NCBI GenBank assembly: GCA_934454405.1
Contig: CAKSFN010000011.1
Location: forward strand, 26,582 to 90,581
Length of the DNA stretch: 64,000 nt
Direction of reading: 5' to 3'
From: an uncultured Eubacteriales bacterium
GTDB taxonomy: Bacteria > Bacillota > Clostridia > Oscillospirales > UBA644
Shown here: positions 9,188-18,998 of the stretch, one piece after another
Position numbering within the stretch: position 1 is the first letter of the stretch
How the letters are laid out: each line of letters opens with the position of its first letter
Notes under the pieces: generated by a model
Database searches by the model: none
What the model was told of the DNA's origin: nothing
Seen by the model: only the letters and a program-made list of their open reading frames with translations
Program-made: the position numbers and the translations under genes

Positions 9188-9934
9188 GTGGGATTTTGCC
9201 GTTTGAAAATAACTTCAAGACAAAACGAAACGGTAAAAAAAGCCGTTCGTCTTCGTTCCTGTCCGTCCGCCGACGGTTTCATCGTCGAGGGCGCGAGATT
9301 TGTCACCGAGATCGCCCCCGAAAATATCAAAGAGGTTTTTTGTTCCTGTCCCGACGAATTTTCGGATTTTTTTGAAAAACTCGGCGACGTTCCCGTTTAT
9401 GATGTCACCGAGCCCGTTATGGAAAAACTTTGTGGCGTTGTCGGTGCGCAGAAGCTCTGCGCCGTTGTTTCAAAGAAAAACCCCGAAAGACCGAACCGCC
9501 TTGTCGTTCTCGACGGCGTGCGCGACCCCGGGAACGCGGGAACTATCATCAGAACCGCCGCCGCTTTCGGCTTCGGCTGCGTTTTTTCGGACGACAGCGC
9601 CAATCCTTTTTCCGAAAAGGTCGTTCGCGGCACCGCGGGCGCCATCCTGCCCGTTTATATTGAACGCGTAAACCTTTCGGACGCGATTGCCTCTCTTAAA
9701 AGGGAAGGCTTTTTGGTGATCTCCTCCGAACTTGACGAAACCGCGCGCAAGCTTTCGGATTTTCCGAAGAATGTTGAAAAAATCGCGCTGATCGTCGGAA
9801 ACGAGGGAAAGGGAGTCAGCCCCGCCGTGTCCGCGACGGCGAATGAAAAATTGTATATTCCGATTAAAAATACAAATTCTCTGAATGCGGCGGTTGCCGC
9901 CGCGATAATGATGCATTATTTTTCGGAGGTGTAA
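9188..9934 (+). CDS. TrmH/SpoU-family RNA 2'-O-methyltransferase
   Basis: SpoU motifs are present: LDGVRDPGNAGTIIRTAAAFG, ALIVGNEGKGVS, IPIKNTNSLNAAVAAAIMM. I place the start at GTG 9188, which follows AAGGGGGA. The ATG at 9092 abuts the -10 box, so it is unlikely to be transcribed as coding sequence. Confidence 0.8.
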   Translation: MGFCRLKITSRQNETVKKAVRLRSCPSADGFIVEGARFVTEIAPENIKEVFCSCPDEFSDFFEKLGDVPVYDVTEPVMEKLCGVVGAQKLCAVVSKKNPERPNRLVVLDGVRDPGNAGTIIRTAAAFGFGCVFSDDSANPFSEKVVRGTAGAILPVYIERVNLSDAIASLKREGFLVISSELDETARKLSDFPKNVEKIALIVGNEGKGVSPAVSATANEKLYIPIKNTNSLNAAVAAAIMMHYFSEV

Positions 9935-9938
9935 AAAG

Positions 9939-11108
9939 GTGAATGAAAAGAACGCCGCGGCATGCCTCTGGCTTTTGAACGCTCTCGGTTACGACCCGAA
10001 GAAAACCGCGGATTTTCTTCTGACTTTTTCCGACCCCGTCGAGGGGTACGAGCTTGCCGTTCGCGGAGAACTTGACTCTGAAATTTTCCCGTGTGCCGAT
10101 TTTGAGCGGGCAACCTCGAAAAGCCTTGACGCCTATGCTTCCGATTTGAAGTTTTATGCGGATAAGAACATTGATGTTATCACATTTTACGACAGAGAAT
10201 ACCCGATGAATCTCGCTCTGTCGGAGATGCCGCCGCCCGTCCTTTTTACGCGGGGAAAAATTCCCGAAACATATAAAGCTCCGTCTGTTTCGCTTGTCGG
10301 AACAAGATCCTGCACCCCGTCCGGCGCAAAGTTTTGCGCGCGGATGGCTTACGGTCTGGCTCTTCACGGCTTTGCCGTCGCAAGCGGAATATCCGAGGGG
10401 ATAGAGTCCTTTGCTCTGGCGGGCTCTTTGCAGGCTCCGTCCGCGTGTCCCGTTGCCGTCGTTCCGACCTCTTTGGAGAAAATCTATCCGCGCGAAAGCG
10501 AATATTTATGCGATGCAGTTGCGGAGCGCGGCGCCGTTGTAAGCGTTTTTCCCGCCGAGGCGAAAATACCCATAAGAATGTCTTTCACCGTCGCCAATTA
10601 CGTCCTCGCGGCGATAAGCCACGGCACGATACTGTTCGAGGCCGCCTCAAACAGCGGATGTCTTTCCGCCGTCAAAGCGGCAAAACGGCAGGGCAGGCTT
10701 TTGTTTGCCGTGCCCGGTCAGCCGGGAAACCGCGCGTCTGCTTCGGCAAACGAACAGATTAAAAAAGGCGCGCGTATATGCACGGGTCTGAACGACGTTA
10801 TAGACGCGTATAACGAAGTATATTCGCCGCTGTTCGGCGGCAAAATAGAAAAGCTGAAGCAGTCCGAAATCACGGATGAGCGGAAAGCAAGAAAAAAAAG
10901 CGAATCGGAAAAGAAAGCGCAGATAATTTCCTCTCTCGGCGAAACCGAAAGAAAAGTGCTGTCGAGCCTTTCTGCTCCGAAAGGAACGGACGCGCTCTGC
11001 GAGGAGCTGGAGCTTTCTTTTTCCGAAGTGGCGTCCGCTTTGCAGGCTCTTGAAATGAACGGACTTGTCCGCGATACGGAGAGCGGCTATATTTCTTCCG
11101 CGGGATAG
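9939..11108 (+). CDS. dprA: DNA-processing protein DprA (Smf)
   Basis: 389 aa. It has a DprA Rossmann-like core (LVGTRSCTPSGAKFCARMAYGLALHGFAVASG, LFAVPG) and sits in the classic position immediately upstream of topA. Confidence 0.85.
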   Translation: MNEKNAAACLWLLNALGYDPKKTADFLLTFSDPVEGYELAVRGELDSEIFPCADFERATSKSLDAYASDLKFYADKNIDVITFYDREYPMNLALSEMPPPVLFTRGKIPETYKAPSVSLVGTRSCTPSGAKFCARMAYGLALHGFAVASGISEGIESFALAGSLQAPSACPVAVVPTSLEKIYPRESEYLCDAVAERGAVVSVFPAEAKIPIRMSFTVANYVLAAISHGTILFEAASNSGCLSAVKAAKRQGRLLFAVPGQPGNRASASANEQIKKGARICTGLNDVIDAYNEVYSPLFGGKIEKLKQSEITDERKARKKSESEKKAQIISSLGETERKVLSSLSAPKGTDALCEELELSFSEVASALQALEMNGLVRDTESGYISSAG

Positions 11109-11181
11109 CCCTCCGCCGCCTCGAATGAGGCGAGAAAGCTTCCCCGTCCAACCTACGTATATGTAAAGGAGAATACGAGAC

Positions 11182-13338
11182 ATGGCGCAAAAAACGACCG
11201 CCGCGAAAACGGCGACAAAAAAGAAGACGGCAAAAACGCCGAGAAAATCAGGAAAATATCTTTTGATAGTCGAGTCCCCGACAAAAGCCAAGACCATAAA
11301 AAAATATTTGGGAGACAAATATGAAGTACTCTCGTCCGTCGGTCATATAAAGGATCTTCCGTCGTCCCGTCTTGCCGTCGATATCGAAAACGGGTTCAAG
11401 CCCGAATTCATCGTTCCGAGAAAAACGGGAAAAGCGGCGATAATCCGCGACCTTAAAGCGGCGAACGCAAAATATAAAAAAACGTATCTCGCAACCGACC
11501 CCGACCGCGAAGGAGAGGCTATCGCGTGGCATCTGGCGCAGGAGCTCGGTCTTGATGTGAACGACGATATACGCGTCACTTTCGACGAGATCACGAAAAA
11601 AGAGGTTACGAAGAAGATCGCCGAGCCGACGAAGATAGACATAAACCTCGTCAACGCGCAGCAGGCGCGCCGCGTGCTTGACAGAATAGTGGGCTATAAG
11701 CTCAGCCCGTTCCTCTGGCATAAAGTCAAGAGGGGGTTGAGCGCGGGTCGCGTGCAGAGCGTTGCGACGAAGATGGTGGTTGACCGCGAAAATGAGATAA
11801 GAGCGTTTGTTCCCCGTGAATTCTGGAACCTTGACGCGGTTTTTGCAAACGGCGCAAGAACGTATAAGGCGCGTTTTGTTTCAAAAGGAAAAACAAAGGA
11901 GATCGGAAGCAGGGAGACTCTTGACAAAATTCTCGACGGTCTGAAAAACGCCGATTTCGTGGTGTCCGACGTCAAGAAACAGGAAAAAATAAAGTCTCCG
12001 AAGCCGCCCTTCACAACAAGCTCGATGCAGCAGGACGCGTCCGCAAGGCTCAATATGCGTCCGTCGAAAACGATGTCCGTCGCGCAAAGCCTTTTCGAAG
12101 GTATCGACCTCGCGGGCGAGGGGCTGACGGGTATGATAACCTATATGAGAACAGACTCACTCCGCGTTTCGGACGATGTCAAGATTCAGGCAAGGGAGAA
12201 GATCGCGGCTCTTTACGGCAGGGAATTTGTTCCGCCGACGCCGCGAACATATAAATCAAAAGCCAATGCGCAGGACGCGCACGAGGCGATCCGCCCGACC
12301 TCCGTTGAGCTGACGCCCGAAAGGGTTCGCACGTCAATGACGAACGAGCAGTACAGGCTTTATAAGCTTATCTGGGAGCGTTTTGTCGCTTCGCAGATGG
12401 CGTCCGCCGTTTACGACACCGTGACCGCGGATATCGAGGCGAACGGCTGCGTTTTCAGGGCGACGGATTCCAAGCTCCGCCAAAAGGGCTTTACCGTGCT
12501 TTACAATTACGCGGACGAGGAAGAAGAAAAATCGGGCAGACTTCCCAATCTCGAAAAAGGACAGACGCTGCCTTTCAAGGAGTTCGAAAGCGAGCAGAAA
12601 TTCACCCAGCCGCCCTCGAGATATACCGAAGGATCTCTTATCAAGGCGCTTGAGGACAACGGCATAGGCAGACCTTCGACCTATGCGACGACCGTTTCGA
12701 CGATAATCGAAAGACATTATGTTGAAAGAAACGGAAAAATTCTGCACCCGACCGCTATCGGCGAAGTTACCACCGATGTTATGAACGACAATTTCAAGGA
12801 TATCGTGGATATGGGCTTCACCGCCGATATGGAAACGAAACTTGACGGCATCGAGCACGGACAGAAGACGTATCTTGAAGTGCTGAACAGCTTTTACGGT
12901 CCTTTTGAAAAGGAGTTGAACGAGGCGGAAAAGAAGCTGGACGGCGTTCATATAAAGATCCCCGACGAGGAAAGCGACGAGGTTTGCGAGCTCTGCGGCG
13001 CGAAAATGGTTTATAAGGTCAGCAGATTCGGAAAATTCCTCGCTTGCCCGAACTATCCGAAGTGCAGAAACACGAAGTCGATAGTTAATTACGCCGACGG
13101 CGCGTGCCCGAAGTGCGGCGCAAAGCTCATTATGAAGCGGAGCGCAAAGGGAAAGACGTATTTTGCCTGTGAAAACAAGGACGCCTGCGGCTTTATGACA
13201 TGGAACACTCCGACGAAGTCCGTCTGCCCGAAGTGCGGAAAAACGCTTTTCAGAAAGATAGGGAAAACGGTCGTCTGCGAAAATCCCGAATGTGATTATA
13301 CCGCGAAAAGCGAGAAAAAAACGAATGAAGAAGGCTAA
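11182..13338 (+). CDS. topA: DNA topoisomerase I
   Basis: 718 aa. TOPRIM N-terminus [18 protein letters not shown] and a type IA core. The C-terminus has repeated CxxC zinc ribbons (CELCG, CPKCG x3). RBS AAAGGAG. Confidence 0.95.
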   Translation: MAQKTTAAKTATKKKTAKTPRKSGKYLLIVESPTKAKTIKKYLGDKYEVLSSVGHIKDLPSSRLAVDIENGFKPEFIVPRKTGKAAIIRDLKAANAKYKKTYLATDPDREGEAIAWHLAQELGLDVNDDIRVTFDEITKKEVTKKIAEPTKIDINLVNAQQARRVLDRIVGYKLSPFLWHKVKRGLSAGRVQSVATKMVVDRENEIRAFVPREFWNLDAVFANGARTYKARFVSKGKTKEIGSRETLDKILDGLKNADFVVSDVKKQEKIKSPKPPFTTSSMQQDASARLNMRPSKTMSVAQSLFEGIDLAGEGLTGMITYMRTDSLRVSDDVKIQAREKIAALYGREFVPPTPRTYKSKANAQDAHEAIRPTSVELTPERVRTSMTNEQYRLYKLIWERFVASQMASAVYDTVTADIEANGCVFRATDSKLRQKGFTVLYNYADEEEEKSGRLPNLEKGQTLPFKEFESEQKFTQPPSRYTEGSLIKALEDNGIGRPSTYATTVSTIIERHYVERNGKILHPTAIGEVTTDVMNDNFKDIVDMGFTADMETKLDGIEHGQKTYLEVLNSFYGPFEKELNEAEKKLDGVHIKIPDEESDEVCELCGAKMVYKVSRFGKFLACPNYPKCRNTKSIVNYADGACPKCGAKLIMKRSAKGKTYFACENKDACGFMTWNTPTKSVCPKCGKTLFRKIGKTVVCENPECDYTAKSEKKTNEEG

Positions 13339-14632
13339 TGTCGTCGGCGCGGGGCTTGCGGGCTGCGAAGCGGCTTATCAGCTTGCGAAAAGAGGCGTAA
13401 AAGTCCGCCTTTTCGAGATGAAGCCGTCGAAGCGCACACCCGCCCATTCGAGCAACGATTTCTGCGAGCTCTGCTGCTCCAATTCTTTGCGCGCGGAGGG
13501 CTTGAAAAACGCCGTCGGGCTGTTGAAAGCGGAACTGAAAGAGCTTGACAGTCTCGTTATCCGATGCGCCTATGAAAACGCCGTTCCCGCAGGCGGAGCG
13601 CTTGCCGTTGACCGCGAAGGGTTTTCCGCCGCCGTTACGCGGGCGATAAAAGAAAACGAAAATATCGAGGTCGTTGAAGAGGAGGTAACTTCTCTTGACT
13701 TTGAAGACAATACCGTTATCGCGTCGGGGCCGCTGACAAGCGACGCGCTGAGCGAAAAGATAACAGAGTTTTTCGGCGCGGAGCAGCTGCATTTTTTCGA
13801 CGCCGCAGCGCCCATCGTTACGGCGGACAGCATAGATATGTCGAAAGCGTTTTTCGCTTCCCGTTACGGAAAAGGAACGCCCGATTACATAAACTGTCCG
13901 ATGACGAAAGAGGAATACGACGCGTTTTACAACGAACTTATCAACGCCGGACAGGCGGAGCTTCACGGCTTTGAGGACAGCGGAGTTTTTGAGGGCTGTA
14001 TGCCCGTCGAGGTTATGGCGCGCAGAGGCAGAGACACTCTGCTTTTCGGTCCCTTAAAGCCTGTCGGACTTGTTGACCCGAGAACGGAAAAACGTTCGGA
14101 AGCGGTCGTTCAGCTGCGAAAGGACAATGCCGCGAGTTCTCTTTACAATATCGTCGGCTTTCAGACACACTTGCTTTTCGGCGAACAGAAGCGCGTATTT
14201 TCAATGATTCCGGGGCTTGAAAACGCCGAGTTTGTCAGATACGGAGTTATGCACAGAAACACTTTTCTGCGCTCTCCCGGGCTGCTGACGGCAACCTATG
14301 AGGCAAAAAAGAAAAAAGGTCTTTTCTTTGCGGGGCAGATGACCGGCGTCGAGGGCTATGTCGAAAGCGTCGCCTCCGGGTTTGTCGCAGGCGTCAACGC
14401 CGACCCCGGCAGAACGGAGCCTTTCGTGTTCCCCGCCGAAACGGCATTGGGCGCGCTTGCGAATTACATCTCAACCGCCGACCCGAAAAATTTCCAGCCG
14501 ATGAATGTTAATTTCGGTATATTTCCCCCGCTCGAATTTACGGGCAAAAAGGTCAAAAAAGCGGATCGCAAGGAGATTTACTCATTGCGAAGCCTTGAAA
14601 TAATCAAAAAAATCGGAGAAGAGCTGTTATGA
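13325..14632 (+). CDS. trmFO: methylenetetrahydrofolate--tRNA-(uracil54-C5)-methyltransferase TrmFO (Gid)
   Basis: FAD motif [16 protein letters not shown] at the N-terminus, a GidA-small family body, and topA-trmFO synteny. The start is taken at ATG 13325, which overlaps the topA 3' end. Confidence 0.9.
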   Translation: MKKANVVGAGLAGCEAAYQLAKRGVKVRLFEMKPSKRTPAHSSNDFCELCCSNSLRAEGLKNAVGLLKAELKELDSLVIRCAYENAVPAGGALAVDREGFSAAVTRAIKENENIEVVEEEVTSLDFEDNTVIASGPLTSDALSEKITEFFGAEQLHFFDAAAPIVTADSIDMSKAFFASRYGKGTPDYINCPMTKEEYDAFYNELINAGQAELHGFEDSGVFEGCMPVEVMARRGRDTLLFGPLKPVGLVDPRTEKRSEAVVQLRKDNAASSLYNIVGFQTHLLFGEQKRVFSMIPGLENAEFVRYGVMHRNTFLRSPGLLTATYEAKKKKGLFFAGQMTGVEGYVESVASGFVAGVNADPGRTEPFVFPAETALGALANYISTADPKNFQPMNVNFGIFPPLEFTGKKVKKADRKEIYSLRSLEIIKKIGEELL

Positions 14633-15654
14633 AAATCGTAGTAGACGGGATGGGCGGAGACAACGCTCCCGTTGAAATTCTTAAGGGCTGCGCGCTTGCC
14701 GTCAGGGAATACGGCGTTGAAATAATAATTACGGGAGACGAAGCGCAGATTAAAAAAGCCGCCGAAGAAAATTCGGTGGATATGACGGGAATAACCGTCG
14801 AGGCCGCCGACGGAATTATAACCATGGAAGACAATCCGTTGAGCCTGAGGACGGAGAAAAAGAATTCATCGCTCGGAAAGGCGTTTCAGATTCTTAAAAA
14901 AGGCGAAGCGGATGCTCTCGTCGGCGCGGGCAACAGCGGCGCACTTCTTGTCGGAGCAACGATAATCGCGGGCAGAATCAAGGGCGTAAACCGCCCTGCT
15001 TTCGCGGCGGTCTTTCCCGGCGCGGACGGATATACCATGCTGCTTGACAGCGGCGCAAATGTTGAATGTACACCGCACCAGCTCGAACAGTTCGCGCTGC
15101 TCGGAAGCGTTTATATGGAAAAAATGTTCGGCATCGCTTCTCCGCGCGTCGGGCTTGCGAACAACGGAACGGAAGCGACGAAGGGGACTGATCTTTACAG
15201 GCAGACCCATGCTCTTCTCGAAAAGAACGGGCATATCAATTTTGTCGGGAACGTCGAGGGCAGAGCCCTTATGGCGGGCGGCGCGGACGTTATCGTCGCC
15301 GACGGCTTTGCGGGAAATCTGATGCTGAAAAGCGCGGAGGGCGCGGCAAAGTTTATGACAAAGGAACTGAAAAATCTGTTTTCGGGGTTTGCCGGAAAAA
15401 TTGCCGGCGCGCTTGTTCTGAAAAAGATAAAATCCATGAAAAAACGTCTTGACGTCAAAGAGATAGGCGGCGCACCCATTCTCGGAAGCGCGAAATGCGT
15501 TGTCAAGGCGCACGGCAACAGCGACGCGAAAGCGTTTTCAAGCGCTGTAAGACAGGCAAGAGACTACGCTTCTTCCGGTATAATCGAAAAGGTTTCCGCC
15601 GCGATGGCGGAAATGCAGGCGGATAAAAAAGCGGAGGAAAACGCCGATGCTTGA
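14629..15654 (+). CDS. plsX: phosphate acyltransferase PlsX
   Basis: 341 aa. The N-terminus [14 protein letters not shown] is typical of PlsX. ATGA start/stop overlap with trmFO. Confidence 0.9.
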   Translation: MKIVVDGMGGDNAPVEILKGCALAVREYGVEIIITGDEAQIKKAAEENSVDMTGITVEAADGIITMEDNPLSLRTEKKNSSLGKAFQILKKGEADALVGAGNSGALLVGATIIAGRIKGVNRPAFAAVFPGADGYTMLLDSGANVECTPHQLEQFALLGSVYMEKMFGIASPRVGLANNGTEATKGTDLYRQTHALLEKNGHINFVGNVEGRALMAGGADVIVADGFAGNLMLKSAEGAAKFMTKELKNLFSGFAGKIAGALVLKKIKSMKKRLDVKEIGGAPILGSAKCVVKAHGNSDAKAFSSAVRQARDYASSGIIEKVSAAMAEMQADKKAEENADA

Positions 15655-15877
15655 AAAAATAGCCGCGATAATCGAGGATATTTTCGAATACGACGCGTCG
15701 AAGGTGACGGAGGAAACGGACTTTGACGACGACCTTTATGCGGACATAGAGGATATGCGCGAGGTTTTTATGGCGGTTGAAGAGGAGTTCGGCATAACGA
15801 CCGAGGAAGAGGATATATATTCGGTCGTGAACGTCAAAGACCTTGAAATCTACATAATGATGAGACGCGCAAAATAA
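15647..15877 (+). CDS. acyl carrier protein homolog lacking the phosphopantetheine-attachment serine
   Basis: 76 aa, in the plsX-acp-rnc position. It aligns to ACP helix II, but DLYADIEDMRE replaces the canonical [11 protein letters not shown], so Ser becomes Ile. Confidence 0.75.
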   Translation: MLEKIAAIIEDIFEYDASKVTEETDFDDDLYADIEDMREVFMAVEEEFGITTEEEDIYSVVNVKDLEIYIMMRRAK

Positions 15878-15894
15878 CTTTCGGGAGACATACG

Positions 15895-16575
15895 ATGAAT
15901 ACCGATATTTCCGTTCTCGAAAAAGAGATAGGCTACACTTTCAAAAATAAAGAATTATTGCTGACGGCGCTGACGCACTCGTCTTTTTATAACGAGAACA
16001 AAAGCCTTCGCCCGTGCAACGAAAGGCTTGAGTTTCTCGGAGACGCGGTTTTGAGCGTTATTTCCGCCGAATATCTTTACGAATGCGACACGGGCAACGA
16101 AGGTGAGCTTTCAAAGGTTCGCGCCGCGCTTGTCTGCGAGGAGGCGCTTTTCGAATACGCGGAAACGCTTGAACTTGGCGGCTTTCTTTTTCTCGGCAGA
16201 GGCGAGGAGGCGGCAGGAAGAACAAGAAAATCCACCGTTGCGGACGCCACGGAAGCGCTGCTCGGGGCAATATATCTTGACAGCGGTTTTGAAGACGCGA
16301 AAAAATTCATTCTTCCGTTTTTGAAAGAAAAATTCAAAAAAATAAGCAAGGTCTGCGATTACAAAACGGTTTTGCAGGAGATCGTGCAGAAAAACAAGGG
16401 CGAAAAGCTTTCTTATGAGATAGTTTCCGAATCGGGACCCGCGCATGACCGCAGCTTTGTCTGCGACGTGCTTATAAACAGCAACCATATCTCGTCGGGC
16501 AGAGGAAAATCAAAAAAGGCGGCGGAACAGGAAGCCGCGCGCGCCGCGCTTGAACTTATGGGAGTGAAGGCGTGA
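15895..16575 (+). CDS. rnc: ribonuclease III
   Basis: RNase III signature NERLEFLGDAVL and a C-terminal dsRBD (GRGKSKKAAEQEAARAALE). Confidence 0.95.
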   Translation: MNTDISVLEKEIGYTFKNKELLLTALTHSSFYNENKSLRPCNERLEFLGDAVLSVISAEYLYECDTGNEGELSKVRAALVCEEALFEYAETLELGGFLFLGRGEEAAGRTRKSTVADATEALLGAIYLDSGFEDAKKFILPFLKEKFKKISKVCDYKTVLQEIVQKNKGEKLSYEIVSESGPAHDRSFVCDVLINSNHISSGRGKSKKAAEQEAARAALELMGVKA

Positions 16576-17576
16576 GACACGCGTCCGTTTCCGTTTTCGT
16601 GCCGCACTTGGCTTGCCCGAACGACTGCGTTTTCTGCAATCAGAAGCGAATAGCGGGAAAAGAAAAGCCCGTCGCCGATATCGACGGATTTCTTGCGGCG
16701 GCTTGCGAGAACATTTCAGACCGCTTCGACGAGGTCGATATTGCATTTTTCGGCGGAAGTTTTACCGGCATTGAAGAGCCCGAAATGCGCAGATACCTTG
16801 CCGCCGCGGCGAAAGCGAGAGAAAAATACAAAAAGATAACGGGAATACGCCTTTCGACGCGTCCCGATTATATTTCGGAGCATATTCTGGATGTTTTGGA
16901 GGAATACGGCGTGACGACCGTCGAGCTCGGCGTTCAGAGCATGAGCGACGGCGTTCTTGCGGCTTCGAGACGCGGTCATACCTCCGCCGATACCGAAAAA
17001 GCGGTAAATCTCATAAAAAAACGCGATTTTCCTCTCGTTTTGCAGTTTATGCCCGGTATGCCGAAGGATACGGACGAAACGATTTTTGCAACTGCCGAAA
17101 AAATCCTTGAAATGAGACCCGACGGCGTTCGGATATACCCGTGTGTCGTCATAAAGGACACGGAACTTGAGAGCCTTTATCTGCGCGGAGAATTTGAGCC
17201 GCTTTCGGTCGAAAAAGCCGCCGATATTTGCGCCGTACTTATTCCGAGATTCGAAAAGGAGGGCGTAAAAGTCATCAGAACGGGACTTCACGGCTCCGAT
17301 CTCGTAAAAACGCAAAGCGTCGTGGCGGGACCTTTCCATCCCGCGTTCGGAGAGATTGTTTATTCGAAAATTTATTTGAAAAACGCGATTTCTCTGCTTG
17401 AAAAAAATCCGCCGAAGTCTGACGTCGCGCTTTTTGTCGCGAGCGGCAAAAAGTCGCAGATGACGGGTCAGAAGAGGGGAAATCTTGAAATACTGAACAA
17501 AAAATACGGAGTACGCTTCTTCGTTTTCGAAGACGGCGCGCTCAAAGAATTTGAAGTCGGGAGTGAAACGATATGA
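16572..17576 (+). CDS. radical SAM protein (ELP3-like N-terminal domain family)
   Basis: CPNDCVFCN (CxxxCxxC) near the N-terminus. 334 aa. GTGA overlap with rnc. Confidence 0.75.
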   Translation: MRHASVSVFVPHLACPNDCVFCNQKRIAGKEKPVADIDGFLAAACENISDRFDEVDIAFFGGSFTGIEEPEMRRYLAAAAKAREKYKKITGIRLSTRPDYISEHILDVLEEYGVTTVELGVQSMSDGVLAASRRGHTSADTEKAVNLIKKRDFPLVLQFMPGMPKDTDETIFATAEKILEMRPDGVRIYPCVVIKDTELESLYLRGEFEPLSVEKAADICAVLIPRFEKEGVKVIRTGLHGSDLVKTQSVVAGPFHPAFGEIVYSKIYLKNAISLLEKNPPKSDVALFVASGKKSQMTGQKRGNLEILNKKYGVRFFVFEDGALKEFEVGSETI

Positions 17577-18313
17577 AAAAATACACTTTTCTCGGTCTTG
17601 CCGTTCTGGCTCTTATTCCGACCGTCGCGCAAACCGTCGAGCTGACGGGAAAAACAATATATATCTCTGTTCTTCCCGCGTTCGCGGGCTTGCTCCTGAT
17701 TTTTTTCGGAACGGAAAAACTCAGCTATAACAACCGTTTTATGAAGTCCGTCTGCGGTGCCTCTGCCGCTATTGCCGTTCCCGCGTTTATCGCGGCGGCG
17801 GCGCAGCTTTATCCTTATTATCTGCCCTATGTTTTCTCGTCCGAGAGCGGCGGAAAAAGGTTTTTTGCGACTGTTATCAAAATCTGCGCGGACGTTTATG
17901 ACAGGGGACAGTATGTTTTCTTCGGGCTTTCCTCTCTTTATCTTGCTCTCGTTCTCTCCGCCTTTGCCTCGGAGATGAAGCACCGTTCTGCAACTGCGAA
18001 GGCTTCCTCGGAGTTTTCTCACAAGGATGCTTACGGCGACAGACATTATTCCGGAAAAGCTTACGGCATCTACACCGTCGTATGCTCCGTTTTCACCGTC
18101 GTTTTTGCTGTTGTCGGAGCGCTTTATATCGTCAATCAGTTCCTTGACGGCGCGATAAGCGTCCGGTGGCTTGAATTCGACATAAGGCTTGAAGTCCTTC
18201 TTTTGCCCGTCGGAGCGGCTTTTCTTCCGTTCGCGTACACCGCGGTCGGAATGTTGAGCGACAGGCGGCGCGAGGACAGGCTCAGAGAAAAGGCGGAAGC
18301 GGAGAACGGCTGA
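17573..18313 (+). CDS. multi-pass membrane protein, unknown function
   Basis: 246 aa with about 6 hydrophobic segments. ATGA overlap with the radical SAM gene. Confidence 0.6.
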   Translation: MKKYTFLGLAVLALIPTVAQTVELTGKTIYISVLPAFAGLLLIFFGTEKLSYNNRFMKSVCGASAAIAVPAFIAAAAQLYPYYLPYVFSSESGGKRFFATVIKICADVYDRGQYVFFGLSSLYLALVLSAFASEMKHRSATAKASSEFSHKDAYGDRHYSGKAYGIYTVVCSVFTVVFAVVGALYIVNQFLDGAISVRWLEFDIRLEVLLLPVGAAFLPFAYTAVGMLSDRRREDRLREKAEAENG

Positions 18314-18314
18314 T

Positions 18315-18923
18315 ATGCAGGTTAAAAAAGAATATATGCACCGCGCAATAGTCGAGGCGGCTGTTGAGGAATTTGCCGAAAAAGGCTACATAAAAGGCTC
18401 ACTGCGTCGGATCGCGGAGGCGGCGGACACGAAGATGTCCAACATATACAATTATTTCAGAAACAAGGAAGACCTTTTCGGCTACCTCGTCGGAGATTTT
18501 TACGTCGAAACGCAAACTCTTTTTGCGGGGCTTGTCCGTGCAGGCGACGGAATAAGCGTTTCCGACATAGGCGCGAACGAATCCGCCCGCCGCTGGACGG
18601 AAATACTTTCTCCGCTTGTAGACAGAAGAACGGAGCTTTTGATAACCGCTTCCGACGGAACGCGTTACGCGGGCTTTCGCGCGGAGCTTGAACAGAAGCT
18701 GATCGCCTCCGTCGGGCTTATGTGCGGCTGGTATCCCGTTCAGCCCGATCCCGACGGTTACCCCGTAAATCTTTACGTTTCAACCTATATCGATGCCGCC
18801 GTTACGATCTCCCGCAAATACGCGCGCAAAGACAGTTCCCGCGTCGCGGTTGAAAATCTGCTCCAAACGGCTCTCGCCGGCTTCGCCTCCGGTTCTTCGG
18901 AAAAGAGCGAACATAAAGCATAA
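18315..18923 (+). CDS. TetR/AcrR-family transcriptional regulator
   Basis: N-terminal HTH FAEKGYIKGSLRRIAEAADTKMSNIYNYFRNKEDLF. The gene starts 1 nt after the membrane-protein stop. Confidence 0.85.
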   Translation: MQVKKEYMHRAIVEAAVEEFAEKGYIKGSLRRIAEAADTKMSNIYNYFRNKEDLFGYLVGDFYVETQTLFAGLVRAGDGISVSDIGANESARRWTEILSPLVDRRTELLITASDGTRYAGFRAELEQKLIASVGLMCGWYPVQPDPDGYPVNLYVSTYIDAAVTISRKYARKDSSRVAVENLLQTALAGFASGSSEKSEHKA

Positions 18924-18939
18924 TTTACGCCGAATACAA

Positions 18940-18978
18940 AGAATCCCGTTCCGAGGCTTTCGGGACGGGGTTCTTTTG
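18940..18978 (+). terminator. intrinsic terminator after the TetR gene
   Basis: GAAUCCCGUUCCG-7 nt-CGGGACGGGGUUC followed by UUUUG. The two non-Watson-Crick positions are G-U pairs only on the plus-strand transcript. Confidence 0.65.
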
Positions 18979-18998
18979 CATTTGCGTATCTTTCGATT

